Virus record (IMG/VR): IMGVR_UViG_3300011439_000043
Span: 1-26,259 of that record
Origin: a virus
Taxonomy: Duplodnaviria; Caudoviricetes
Direction: 5' to 3' (one strand)
Length of the DNA: 26,259 nt
Within the stretch, counting starts at the first letter, position 1. Each line of letters starts with the position of its first letter. Of this stretch, positions 15,776 to 23,981 are shown one piece after another. Position numbers and translations under genes: made by a program. The notes below the pieces were generated by a model, which was not told the DNA's origin, did not search any database, and saw only the letters and a program-made list of their open reading frames with translations.

Positions 15776-16747
15776 TCAGGTCGTGACGTTGTTGAAGTAG
15801 TAGCCGAGCTCCGCCGCGATCTTCTTGTAGGCAAGAGCCATCTCCGCCTCGATGCGGTCCGCTTCGAGCTCCTCCATCCGGAAACGCTTCACGCGGATCC
15901 CGGAGGGGGTGCTTCCAAGGAGGCCGGTCCAGGAGAACTGGATGCCTGCCGTGACGTCGTTCAGGCCGACCGTCATTGGTGCATAGTAGAGCAGCACGTC
16001 GTCGGTCGGACCGATCAGGGCCCGCGTCGTCGTGGCAGCACCCTTCGTGCTCGTGACCCTGATGGCATCCATGATCTCGATCGAGTCGAGCTCGAGGATC
16101 TGCGCCAGAAACTGGCGCTGAACCATCGCCGGCATCGCCGTCGTGGCTCCACCGGTGATGCGAGAGAGGATGTCGTCGTTGTTGAGCAGCGTGTCGTACG
16201 CCTGCCGACCGAAGATCGCTCGGTTCAGACGCTTGCCGGTCGAGACCTGCGCAATAGCCTTCGCCGCCTGAAACTCCGCAATCGGATTGCTGGTCGAGAC
16301 ATCCCACTTCGTGGTCGGCGAGAAGTCCGTGCTCCAGATGCCGGTGCCCATGAACGCGGTGGCAAAGAGCCGCTCGCGCAGGATCATCAGCTTCTCGGTC
16401 ACGTACCTCGTTGCCGTGCGCTCGAGGTCGATCCCATCGTCCGCGTTCGCCCGTTGGCGATCCGTGACGTCCTTGTGGTGGGCGTACACGCGCGCGTAAT
16501 AGAGGTCGGTCGATTGAGTGAAGGATCCGCCGCTGGACTCGGTTCCGTCCGCACGCTCCTCGGCGTCATCACGCCAGAAGTCGTCTCGATCGAAGATCCA
16601 GTACAGGTCGGATTGTTTCGCGACAGGCATGTTCGGCATCCCGCGGAGGGCGACGAAGCCCGCCTCGTTCTGCAGATAGAGCTGCGCGAAGTTGGTAAGG
16701 GGCCGGTTGACGTGCACGTCCCCTGCGAGCGGCTTGGTAAGAGGCAT
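15776..16747 (-). CDS. Major capsid protein (HK97 fold, lambda gpE-like family)
   Basis: GDVHVNRPLTNFAQLYLQ...PVAKQSDLYWIF N-terminus; 323 aa; SD AAGGAG; follows the cement gene. Confidence 0.92.
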   Translation of the reverse strand: MPLTKPLAGDVHVNRPLTNFAQLYLQNEAGFVALRGMPNMPVAKQSDLYWIFDRDDFWRDDAEERADGTESSGGSFTQSTDLYYARVYAHHKDVTDRQRANADDGIDLERTATRYVTEKLMILRERLFATAFMGTGIWSTDFSPTTKWDVSTSNPIAEFQAAKAIAQVSTGKRLNRAIFGRQAYDTLLNNDDILSRITGGATTAMPAMVQRQFLAQILELDSIEIMDAIRVTSTKGAATTTRALIGPTDDVLLYYAPMTVGLNDVTAGIQFSWTGLLGSTPSGIRVKRFRMEELEADRIEAEMALAYKKIAAELGYYFNNVTT

Positions 16748-16779
16748 CTGTTTGTGCTCCTTCTAGACCCCCAATGGGA

Positions 16780-17148
16780 TCAGATGACCATTCCGCCCTT
16801 GACGAGCAGAACCGTGACGACCTCGCCGGCAGCCGCGGTGGCAGTCTGGGCATAACCCAGAATCCTGTCGCCAGTCACGGCAGTGACAGCACGACCCGTC
16901 GCATCGGATGCGACAGGAACACCGGCAACGATCGCCGCTCCCGCAGTGACCTCCGTCTTGCAGCCGTTGTATTTCGCAACGGCAATACGGTCGAGGTCCG
17001 CGGCAGCAGGCTCCATGCTCACGCCAACCGCGTCGTCGGTGTCAGCGGCGCATTGGATGACCTTCGCGCCACTCATCTTAACGAACCGAGCGATTGCAAT
17101 CGCAGCGCCGGCCGTCATCGAAATAGGGGATTCGACAGCTTCGAACAT
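16780..17148 (-). CDS. Capsid cement / decoration protein (DUF2190-like)
   Basis: Small Ala/Gly/Val-rich protein (AGAAIVAGVPVASDATGRAV...ATAAAGEVVTV) directly before the capsid gene; ATG 17148 with SD GAGGGG. Confidence 0.85.
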   Translation of the reverse strand: MFEAVESPISMTAGAAIAIARFVKMSGAKVIQCAADTDDAVGVSMEPAAADLDRIAVAKYNGCKTEVTAGAAIVAGVPVASDATGRAVTAVTGDRILGYAQTATAAAGEVVTVLLVKGGMVI

Positions 17149-17150
17149 GG

Positions 17151-18680
17151 TCAACCCCTCGCAGCCGTGGGCTGCTCATTGACCGCCGCCTTGGCGAGCT
17201 CGGGATGCGCCGTCGCAACTTTGTCGTAGGCGGTGTAGAAGTCGACCCCGGCGTTTTTCGCCATGTACTCGCGCGCCTTCGCCTCGAGATCACTCGAGGG
17301 ACTGCCAGGGCTGCCCGGAACTTCGCGGGTTCCGATGCGATCGCCACTCTTCGCCATGGCGCTGTTGCCGGCCCGAATCGCTTCGAGCACCGCCGTGCGG
17401 GTGGGCTCGTCCGTAATCGAGTCCACGGCCTTGAGCAGCGCAGATCGGACTTTCACGTCGCCGGGAAGATGCGAGGCATCGATGCCCGCACGCTTGGCGA
17501 GGTTCTCCTCTGCGCGCTCGAACTCCGACTTCGCAAGGCGCTGAGCGTTCTCGTCCGCCTGCTTCGCGAGCCGGATCATCCGATCGCCGTCGCTCGAGCG
17601 GAACTCGGTTCCGTCGAGAGCCTTGTAGAGAACAGGATCGCCCTTGCGGATCTCTTCGATCTCGCGCTGGCGCTCCGGCTCACTTTTCGAGAGAAAGGCC
17701 GCCTTCAGCTCATCGGTCTTCAGCGAGCCGTAGTGGGCTCGATGGGGATCCGCGAGCGCGGCGACCGCGGTAGCCGTGGCGTTGGCCTTCTTCAGCGTCT
17801 CGTTCTCCTTGCGGAGATCGTCGATCTGCTTTTGAAGGTCCACGCCACCAGCCGCCGGTTCGGTCTTGGTGGTCATCGTGGTTTCCTTGGTGTTGGATGA
17901 ACCGGCGGGCCCCGCAGCGATCTCCGCGAGCATCCCCTCCCCGGGTAGCTCGCTCTCCAGCCCAAGAGCCCGCGCGCGCTTCACGACGTGAGCCGCGGCT
18001 TGGTGCTGATCCCCATCGCCGCCGACGAGCTCGATCGCCGTGAGCAGGTCGGCCTTGCAGCGAATGGGGAATGACCCGTCGGGGAGAGCGGCAGCGTCGC
18101 CCATGCTCTCCCCTTCGGTGTTCTTCACGATCAACGACCCGCACGCGAGCGCCTGCAGGACCTCGGCGTCGCTCATCTTCTCGAGATCGACTGGCGAGCC
18201 GTCCGCGTGCGCGAAGACGACGTCGAGCACAACCTCAGGCGCGTTCGTTCGGTCGATCACGATCTCGCGCATCGCGGCGAGCAAGGACGCTTGGTCCACC
18301 GAGTGCGTGTGGTCCTCGTTCGCGCCGATCACGAGCTCGCCGGCGGCATTGATCATCCATGGATGGCCGTGCCCCTGCTTCGAGCCGCTCGAGATCCCAT
18401 AGGACGTCTCGCCAGCGCTCGACCCGTGCAGCAAGACGAGGTGCACGTGGCCCTCCTCCTCGCTGGTCATGATCGAGACGCCGTCCTGGTACTTCTCCAG
18501 CTCCGGCTTCCGCAGCATGGACATCAACCGCTGCTCGCGCGTCGGAACCACTTCCTCCGGTGCACGCTTGAAGATCAGCGCGAGCGCCGGCTCCATGGCA
18601 GGGCGATCGACGCCGGAGAATTCATCGACGGACAGCTTCTTGATTCGTCGCTTGACCTTCTTGCCACCGGAGAGGATCAC
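17151..18680 (-). CDS. Capsid scaffold-like multidomain protein (509 aa)
   Basis: N-terminal EFSGVDRPA motif, HxH repeats, an ALPDGSFPI...VKRARALG domain (DUF6582-like) and a charged helical C-terminal half; lies between protease and cement/capsid; GTG start with GGAGG. Confidence 0.75.
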   Translation of the reverse strand: MILSGGKKVKRRIKKLSVDEFSGVDRPAMEPALALIFKRAPEEVVPTREQRLMSMLRKPELEKYQDGVSIMTSEEEGHVHLVLLHGSSAGETSYGISSGSKQGHGHPWMINAAGELVIGANEDHTHSVDQASLLAAMREIVIDRTNAPEVVLDVVFAHADGSPVDLEKMSDAEVLQALACGSLIVKNTEGESMGDAAALPDGSFPIRCKADLLTAIELVGGDGDQHQAAAHVVKRARALGLESELPGEGMLAEIAAGPAGSSNTKETTMTTKTEPAAGGVDLQKQIDDLRKENETLKKANATATAVAALADPHRAHYGSLKTDELKAAFLSKSEPERQREIEEIRKGDPVLYKALDGTEFRSSDGDRMIRLAKQADENAQRLAKSEFERAEENLAKRAGIDASHLPGDVKVRSALLKAVDSITDEPTRTAVLEAIRAGNSAMAKSGDRIGTREVPGSPGSPSSDLEAKAREYMAKNAGVDFYTAYDKVATAHPELAKAAVNEQPTAARG

Positions 18681-19096
18681 AGCAGGTCAGCCTCCAGGCA
18701 CTTGCCGCCGAGCGAGAAGCCCGTGAGCTCGCCCGACTTGAACTTGGCAAGCATGTCCTGATCCGGGAGAAGGCCGATCATCAGGCCGTGCGTCTTGGTC
18801 TCGATGCCGAACGCTTTCGCGATCTCCGCTGTCATCGGAAACGCGAACACGATCTCGCCACGCGTTCCACCGCGGTGCATCTCCTTCGCCTTGCGCGAGA
18901 CGCGCATGAAGTCAAGCCCCGCCTCGAGCATCCCCTCCTCGGTGACCGAGTCCGCCTGCAAGTCGAAGTACTCGGAGCCATCGGACTTGCAGATGATCCC
19001 CCAACCGAGCACGAGGCCCAGCCGGTCGTCGACCTTGCAGACCTTGCTCTGGAAGCGGAAGTTTGCGGTTTCGTTCACGGGTACCGTGCGCGGCAT
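18677..19096 (-). CDS. XkdF-like prohead serine protease
   Basis: KVDDRLGLVLGW...YFDLQAD...KEMH...KFKSGELTGFSLGG. Start is uncertain: ATG 19096 (with GGAG) or GTG 19078. Confidence 0.85.
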   Translation of the reverse strand: MPRTVPVNETANFRFQSKVCKVDDRLGLVLGWGIICKSDGSEYFDLQADSVTEEGMLEAGLDFMRVSRKAKEMHRGGTRGEIVFAFPMTAEIAKAFGIETKTHGLMIGLLPDQDMLAKFKSGELTGFSLGGKCLEADLL

Positions 19097-19123
19097 TCTT
19101 CGTCTCCGAGGGTCGCGTTGCAA
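19095..19123 (-). promoter_or_regulatory. Possible sigma70-like promoter
   Basis: TTGCAA-17 bp-AAGAAT in the gap upstream of the protease-scaffold-capsid genes. Confidence 0.3.
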
Positions 19124-19184
19124 TGCCGGAGGCTTGGGCGAACCACCAGGAGGCTATCGCGGACGCCGTTCGCTTTGCGTGCTG

Positions 19185-20210
19185 CTAGAACGATTCGAGC
19201 GGGTCGGTGTCGATCTTGAACCGCGTGGAGAGCACGCAGCGGCACTGAACAGTCTCCTCTGCTGGCGCTGATGGGTCACCTGGGTACATGATCGAAACTC
19301 CACCACCAGTCGTGAACGGCTGGCCGATCTTGCGCTCCTGGCGGTGCATGAAGTCGTGCGTGTCGCGGACGCGCGAGTCCTTCGCGGTGTTCCAGGTTCG
19401 AACAAGCTCGTCTGGCGAGAGCTCTCCAGAGTCGAACGCCTGGCGGTACATCTCCTCGTTCCCCTGATGCACCGAGCGCAGTGCTTCGGTCCGCGCGATC
19501 ACCTCGGAGCGGTACTTGACGTAGCGCTCTCGGTACCGATCGACCATGGTCTTGATGGTCTTCGCGTCGAGTGCCGCCTCGCGCTCGAGCGCGCTGCGGA
19601 TCGTCGGGTCGAATCGGCGATCGCGAAGTCGGCGCGTCAGCGACGTCGCGTCGTTCTCCCGCAGCATCCGCTCGAAGTTGAGAACCGCACGCTCCTGCTT
19701 CGCCGTGAGACCGATAGAATCGCGCACGGCGCGCGCGGTCTGGCGAGGGTTCCACCCTTCGGCGACCCCCTCCAAGATGGCCTCGCGCGCCGCTTCCGCC
19801 TGCTGGCGCGTCAGCTCGCGCACGAGACGCAGCGTGTTCTGCTGCATCGCCGCCAGCGCGCGCATGTTCATCTGGTCGAAGACCGCGATGATGCCGATTT
19901 CTCGCCCCACGAAGCCGGCGGTGTCCTTCGCCGCCTTGATGTAGACCTCCACCCAGTCGTTCGCGAAGGCGGTGTAGTGCTCCTTCCCGAGCTCGATCGC
20001 GTCCTTGATCCGGCCGGCGAGGAGCAGGCGCTCCATCTTCTTGAGCGTCGCCGCGTCGCGCACGCGCGTGAGCGTCTTGACGAACTGCTCACGCAGACGC
20101 TTCGTCATCGACGCGATGATGCGCTCGAGCTCGAAGATCGGATCCTTGCTCGAGGCCTTCTCGAGCACGATCACGCGCGAGCGACGGCGTTGCACACAGA
20201 TCGTCGGCAA
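19185..20210 (-). CDS. Minor head / head morphogenesis protein (SPP1 gp7 / Mu gpF-like)
   Basis: RSEVIARTE...RTWNTAKDSRVRDTH...MYPGDPSAPAEETVQCRC. Start is TTG 20210 or a nearby GTG. Confidence 0.9.
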   Translation of the reverse strand: MPTICVQRRRSRVIVLEKASSKDPIFELERIIASMTKRLREQFVKTLTRVRDAATLKKMERLLLAGRIKDAIELGKEHYTAFANDWVEVYIKAAKDTAGFVGREIGIIAVFDQMNMRALAAMQQNTLRLVRELTRQQAEAAREAILEGVAEGWNPRQTARAVRDSIGLTAKQERAVLNFERMLRENDATSLTRRLRDRRFDPTIRSALEREAALDAKTIKTMVDRYRERYVKYRSEVIARTEALRSVHQGNEEMYRQAFDSGELSPDELVRTWNTAKDSRVRDTHDFMHRQERKIGQPFTTGGGVSIMYPGDPSAPAEETVQCRCVLSTRFKIDTDPLESF

Positions 20211-20213
20211 GCA

Positions 20214-20588
20214 TCACCCCCGCACGAGGCAGGTGTAGGTCGCCTTCGCCGGGTCGCGCCCGAGGAGGCGCTCGACGCCGTGGTTCTCGTCTTCGAGGAT
20301 GATTCGATCCCCGGGTTTGGGCTCAACGCCGCCCTGGATCGATCCGCCGATCAGGACGACGACACGATCGCCCGCCATGACCGTTGTCGGCGGCAGGAAT
20401 TGCAGCCGGCTGTCGTCGTAGAACCCCCTGAAGCGGTGCTGCTTCTGGGTCGGGTTCGTGCCCTTGGTGAGGCTCGTGCTCGTGCGCGTGCCGGGCGTCA
20501 CCTTGATCAACACGCCGTCGAGCGTGAGACCCGCGCGGACGATCTCGCGGTTGATGGTGTCGCGGATGAACGGAAAGATGCTCGCCAT
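20214..20588 (-). CDS. Head closure / head-tail joining protein (124 aa)
   Basis: ATG 20588 overlaps the upstream TGA; GDRVVVLIG...EPKPGDRI...RDPAKATYTCLVR. Confidence 0.72.
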   Translation of the reverse strand: MASIFPFIRDTINREIVRAGLTLDGVLIKVTPGTRTSTSLTKGTNPTQKQHRFRGFYDDSRLQFLPPTTVMAGDRVVVLIGGSIQGGVEPKPGDRIILEDENHGVERLLGRDPAKATYTCLVRG

Positions 20589-21088
20589 CACATGTACCCC
20601 TGCGTCAGGCCACCACCGATGTCGCCGAAGGTCGAGCACGCGCCCGTGCCGAACGACTCCGAGCCGCCAACGCCTGACGAGGCGCTGCTCAGGTAGGGGC
20701 CGAGCAGGCGCATAACGATCGGCGGGAAACGACTGCCACGCTCTGGACTCCAGAACTCCACCTCGGCGGAGCCCGCCTTCACGCGCTTCGTGTTCGAGCC
20801 GCCGCGGGTTTGCGATGTTGCGAGAGATGGATCCTGCGAGAAGGCGAACGCGAGCTCGGATTGCGCGTCCTTCACGGGCTGCGGAGCAAGCAGCGGATCG
20901 ATCGCGACGCCTGTCTCGGGATCGATCAGGTCGTAGATGCTAATATCCCGAAAGGCCGTGATCAGCGCGCGCTCCCTGGTGGCTGTCGGAAGGAACTTCC
21001 AAGGTCCACCGTGGATTGCACCGTCGAGGTAGGCGTTCGCCTCGACCAGTGTCTCGTAGCTGTTCGTTCCAACAGTGATGGTGGGCAT
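20588..21088 (-). CDS. Head-tail adaptor (family often annotated DnaT-like ssDNA-binding protein), 166 aa
   Basis: Likely true start is ATG 21088 (TGATG overlap): MPTITVGTNSYETLVEANAYL...ALITA...PQPVKDAQSELA...KRVKAGSAEVEF. Confidence 0.8.
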   Translation of the reverse strand: MPTITVGTNSYETLVEANAYLDGAIHGGPWKFLPTATRERALITAFRDISIYDLIDPETGVAIDPLLAPQPVKDAQSELAFAFSQDPSLATSQTRGGSNTKRVKAGSAEVEFWSPERGSRFPPIVMRLLGPYLSSASSGVGGSESFGTGACSTFGDIGGGLTQGYM

Positions 21089-21480
21089 CAGGTGTTCACC
21101 ACGTTTGCGAAGAGCGTCAGAACTCCGTCCGCCACCACGACTCCGTTCTCGCCGGCGTCGTCGAAAACCTCGAGCTCGAAGTGATAGTCGTTCGGGGAGA
21201 GCGCCGCGGTGTCCTCGTCTTCGATGTTGACGTCCACCACGCCACCGAGCGCGTCGATGATCACGACTTCGCCTGGGTTGTCGGAGGTCTTCTCGAGGAT
21301 CGCATCGGTCGAGTACTCGCCCGTGCTCGGGTCGATCTCGGAGAGCGCCCACTTGACGATCTTGTCCGTGAGGTCGAGCGGGGGCTTGGGGGCGTCCGTC
21401 GAGTCGTTGTCGACGAGCGTGTAGCGCTGGGTGTGCGGGTTGTTGGCGAAGGCCTCGTCCTCTTGCTCGCGGTTCGCCAT
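21088..21480 (-). CDS. Acidic Ig-like protein resembling the BppU N-terminal domain
   Basis: PLDLT...DALGGVVDVNI..EDTAAL...YHFELEV...VADGVLT pattern; coupled by TGATG on both sides. Confidence 0.7.
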   Translation of the reverse strand: MANREQEDEAFANNPHTQRYTLVDNDSTDAPKPPLDLTDKIVKWALSEIDPSTGEYSTDAILEKTSDNPGEVVIIDALGGVVDVNIEDEDTAALSPNDYHFELEVFDDAGENGVVVADGVLTLFANVVNT

Positions 21481-23972
21481 CAGTCACACACCTTCCTCTC
21501 GCCGATCAGGTTGGTCCTCGAAGCGTAGGCCCCGACGAGCTCCGTCACAATCTGGCGCGAGCCGTCGAGGCACGAGCGTGTACCCGCCACAGGGACCAGC
21601 GCCACGAAGGACGCCATGCGTGAGGACTGCACGCCCGCGAAGGTCCCGGTGATCGCCCCGAGCGCCGCTTCGCCCGCGAAAGCCGCAGTGCGCGAGCCCT
21701 GCGTCCCCGTGAACGTCGCGAGGAACCGTTCGAGCCCCGTGAGCGCGCCCGCGCGCGTACCCTGCGCCCCCGCGAACGCCCCCTGGAAGAACAGGCCGGC
21801 CGTGAACGCCGCCGTGGGGGAGCCCTGCGTGGCGCCCAGGGAGCCCAGGAACGAGAGCCCCCCCGTGAACGCCGCTGTGGGGCTCCCCTGCGTCGCGGCG
21901 AAGTCCCCCCGGAACACCAGGGCCGCCGCCATCGCAGCGACGCGGGGGGCCTGTGTGGCCGCTACGGTGGCCAGGAACGAAAGCCCCCCCTGGAAAGCCG
22001 CAGTGGGGCTCGACTGCGTGGCGGTGAAGTTGCCCACCAGCACGTCGCCCGAGACCCCAAAGAACGTCGCGGTGCGCGAGCTCTGCGCGCCGTCGAAGGC
22101 CCCAAGGAAGAGCTCGAGCGCCGAGAACGTGGCGGTGGGGCTCGACTGCGCGGAAGAGAAGGCTCCCTGAAAGACGAGCGAGCCTGTGGCAGCAGCCGAA
22201 GGCGAGCTCTGACTTCCGGTGAACGCCGACTGGAAGACGAGCGAACTCGCAAAGGTCGCGCTCGGCGAGCTCTGCGTGGCTGAGAAGGTCCCGATGTAGG
22301 GGATCGCCGCGGTGAACGCCGCGGTACGCGAGCCCTGCGTAGCGTCGAAGTCGCCTCGGAAGACCAGGAGCGCCGTACCAGTGGCCGTCCGACTCGACTG
22401 CGTTGCGGCGAACGTCGCTGTGAACGGAACGCGCGCTTCGAAGGCCGCCGTGCGCGAGCTCTGTGCCGCAACGAATGCCCCCTGGAAAACGAGCGACGCT
22501 GCAACCAGAGCGCTCGGCGAGCTCTGCGTCGCCGCAAACGCGCCCTGAAAGACGAGCGAGCCGGTCGCGGCCGCGGTCCGGCTCGACTGCGTGGCCGCGA
22601 AGGTTCCGACGAACGATTGCTTCGCTTGGAATGCTGCCGTGCGCGAGCTCTGTGTCGCGCTCGCCGTTCCGAGAAACGACTGCTTCTCCTGGAACGCCGC
22701 GGTTCGCGAGCTCTGCGTGGCAGTGAAGGTGCCGGAGTTGATGTCCTTCTCGAGAACGAGGATGAACTGCTTGCGCGCGGTACCCAGCACGACCGAGAAC
22801 GTGAGCACGAACGTAGTCGGCGTGAACGATGCCGCCGCCTGGAGGCCGGCTGTACCAGCAGCGGCTAGAACGTTGACCGCGTCGTCATCCGCGAGGCATC
22901 CATTGTTCATGGTTGCCTGGGCATCCTGCTCGTGCTGCGATAACGAGAACTCCTCACCCTGCTGCGCAGCGAAGCCCCACCCAAACTGGCCCGCGAGCGT
23001 GGTGGCGCTCTGGCCTATGCCGGTGAATATTGTCGAGTAGCAGATGGCACTCCAGGGCGTGAACCCCGGCGTGACCGTGGTCGTGCCGCTGACCGCGGTT
23101 GGACTGTCCTCGGTGGTGAGCGTGGCGCGCGAGGCACCCAGCTTGACGACGCAGTAGCCGATTGCGCCCGGGTTGCCGCCCAGCAGGTTCTTCGCCCGAA
23201 AGCCGGTGGAGAGCCACGAGTTAATGCCGACCGTCCAGTCGATGGTGAACGGAGCCGTGGTGGCTCCCACGAGGCTCTCGGCGACCTGGATGTCAGAGAG
23301 CTCCTGCGAGGGAGCGGAGGTGGCTACGTTGTCGGCGTGCGAGTACGCGACGCACCGCTGCGACACGCCCGAGAACAGGTTGACCGCCAGGCCGTAGCTG
23401 GTCTTCACGCCGGCCCCCGGCGGGCTCAGCGGAGGCTCGCTATTGTCGATGCCGCCGCCGAAGATGAACTCGCCGAACGTCGGCTCGAAACCGGGGGCGG
23501 TGACGTCGAGAGTGTCGTTGGCGGAGCCGTTCGGCATGTCGAACGATCCGACGCGCATCTGCGCCGCACTACCGAACAGCATGGTGACGTCGCACAGGTA
23601 CGCGACGCCGTCCGTCGCCTGCACGTTGATCCGGACGCCGTCCGTGATCATCGCGCTGTGCGCGACGCGCACGGCGTAGCCGCCGGCCCCGCTCAAGATC
23701 ACGATCCCGACCTGCGTCGAGCTGACCTTGGCAGCAGTATTCGAGTCGGCGACGTTGTCCTCGGAGGAGGTGACGAGGCATAGCGAGTTGGTGCCATCGC
23801 ACCACCCCTTGCTCATCCCGATGTGAGAGACCAGCGTCCCGTCGGTCACACCTCGCGAGATGTGGACCATGTAGCCGACGCAGGTGCCGGCGCCGGAGAC
23901 GGTGAAGTCCTGAGTGCCGGTCGTGGTCCGCAGCGCCGCGCGAACCGCTCGGAGGTAGGCCGCGCCCGCCAT
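21480..23972 (-). CDS. Fibre-like structural protein (830 aa) with 18 C-terminal 21-aa repeats
   Basis: ATG with GGAG SD; beta-rich N-terminal part of about 410 aa followed by a repeat array. Confidence 0.8.
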   Translation of the reverse strand: MAGAAYLRAVRAALRTTTGTQDFTVSGAGTCVGYMVHISRGVTDGTLVSHIGMSKGWCDGTNSLCLVTSSEDNVADSNTAAKVSSTQVGIVILSGAGGYAVRVAHSAMITDGVRINVQATDGVAYLCDVTMLFGSAAQMRVGSFDMPNGSANDTLDVTAPGFEPTFGEFIFGGGIDNSEPPLSPPGAGVKTSYGLAVNLFSGVSQRCVAYSHADNVATSAPSQELSDIQVAESLVGATTAPFTIDWTVGINSWLSTGFRAKNLLGGNPGAIGYCVVKLGASRATLTTEDSPTAVSGTTTVTPGFTPWSAICYSTIFTGIGQSATTLAGQFGWGFAAQQGEEFSLSQHEQDAQATMNNGCLADDDAVNVLAAAGTAGLQAAASFTPTTFVLTFSVVLGTARKQFILVLEKDINSGTFTATQSSRTAAFQEKQSFLGTASATQSSRTAAFQAKQSFVGTFAATQSSRTAAATGSLVFQGAFAATQSSPSALVAASLVFQGAFVAAQSSRTAAFEARVPFTATFAATQSSRTATGTALLVFRGDFDATQGSRTAAFTAAIPYIGTFSATQSSPSATFASSLVFQSAFTGSQSSPSAAATGSLVFQGAFSSAQSSPTATFSALELFLGAFDGAQSSRTATFFGVSGDVLVGNFTATQSSPTAAFQGGLSFLATVAATQAPRVAAMAAALVFRGDFAATQGSPTAAFTGGLSFLGSLGATQGSPTAAFTAGLFFQGAFAGAQGTRAGALTGLERFLATFTGTQGSRTAAFAGEAALGAITGTFAGVQSSRMASFVALVPVAGTRSCLDGSRQIVTELVGAYASRTNLIGERKVCD
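21591..22739 (-). repeat. 18 degenerate tandem 63-bp (21-aa) coding repeats
   Basis: Consensus FxGxFxATQSS(R/P)TAAFxxxLx with invariant Q. Sixteen units of 21 aa, one of 23 and one of 24 total 383 aa (1149 bp). Confidence 0.92.
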
Positions 23973-23981
23973 GAGACTCCG

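Noticed and set aside
15228-16307. 359-aa alternative minus-strand ORF across the capsid 3' half
   Set aside because: It crosses the hairpin and two genes, has low-information composition, and I saw no slippery site supporting a capsid extension.
20089-20214. ATG overlapping the closure-gene stop (TGATG at 20216-20212)
   Set aside because: It opens only a ~41-codon frame that is out of phase with the minor head gene; TTG 20210 or a downstream GTG is more plausible.
21089-21487. Upstream extension of the 299-aa ORF
   Set aside because: It overlaps the 130-aa gene; the adaptor starts at the TGATG overlap (21088).
21591-22739. Repeat array as CRISPR or diversity-generating retroelement
   Set aside because: These are degenerate in-frame coding repeats with no unique spacers and no adenine-specific variation, and there is no cas or reverse transcriptase gene in the window.
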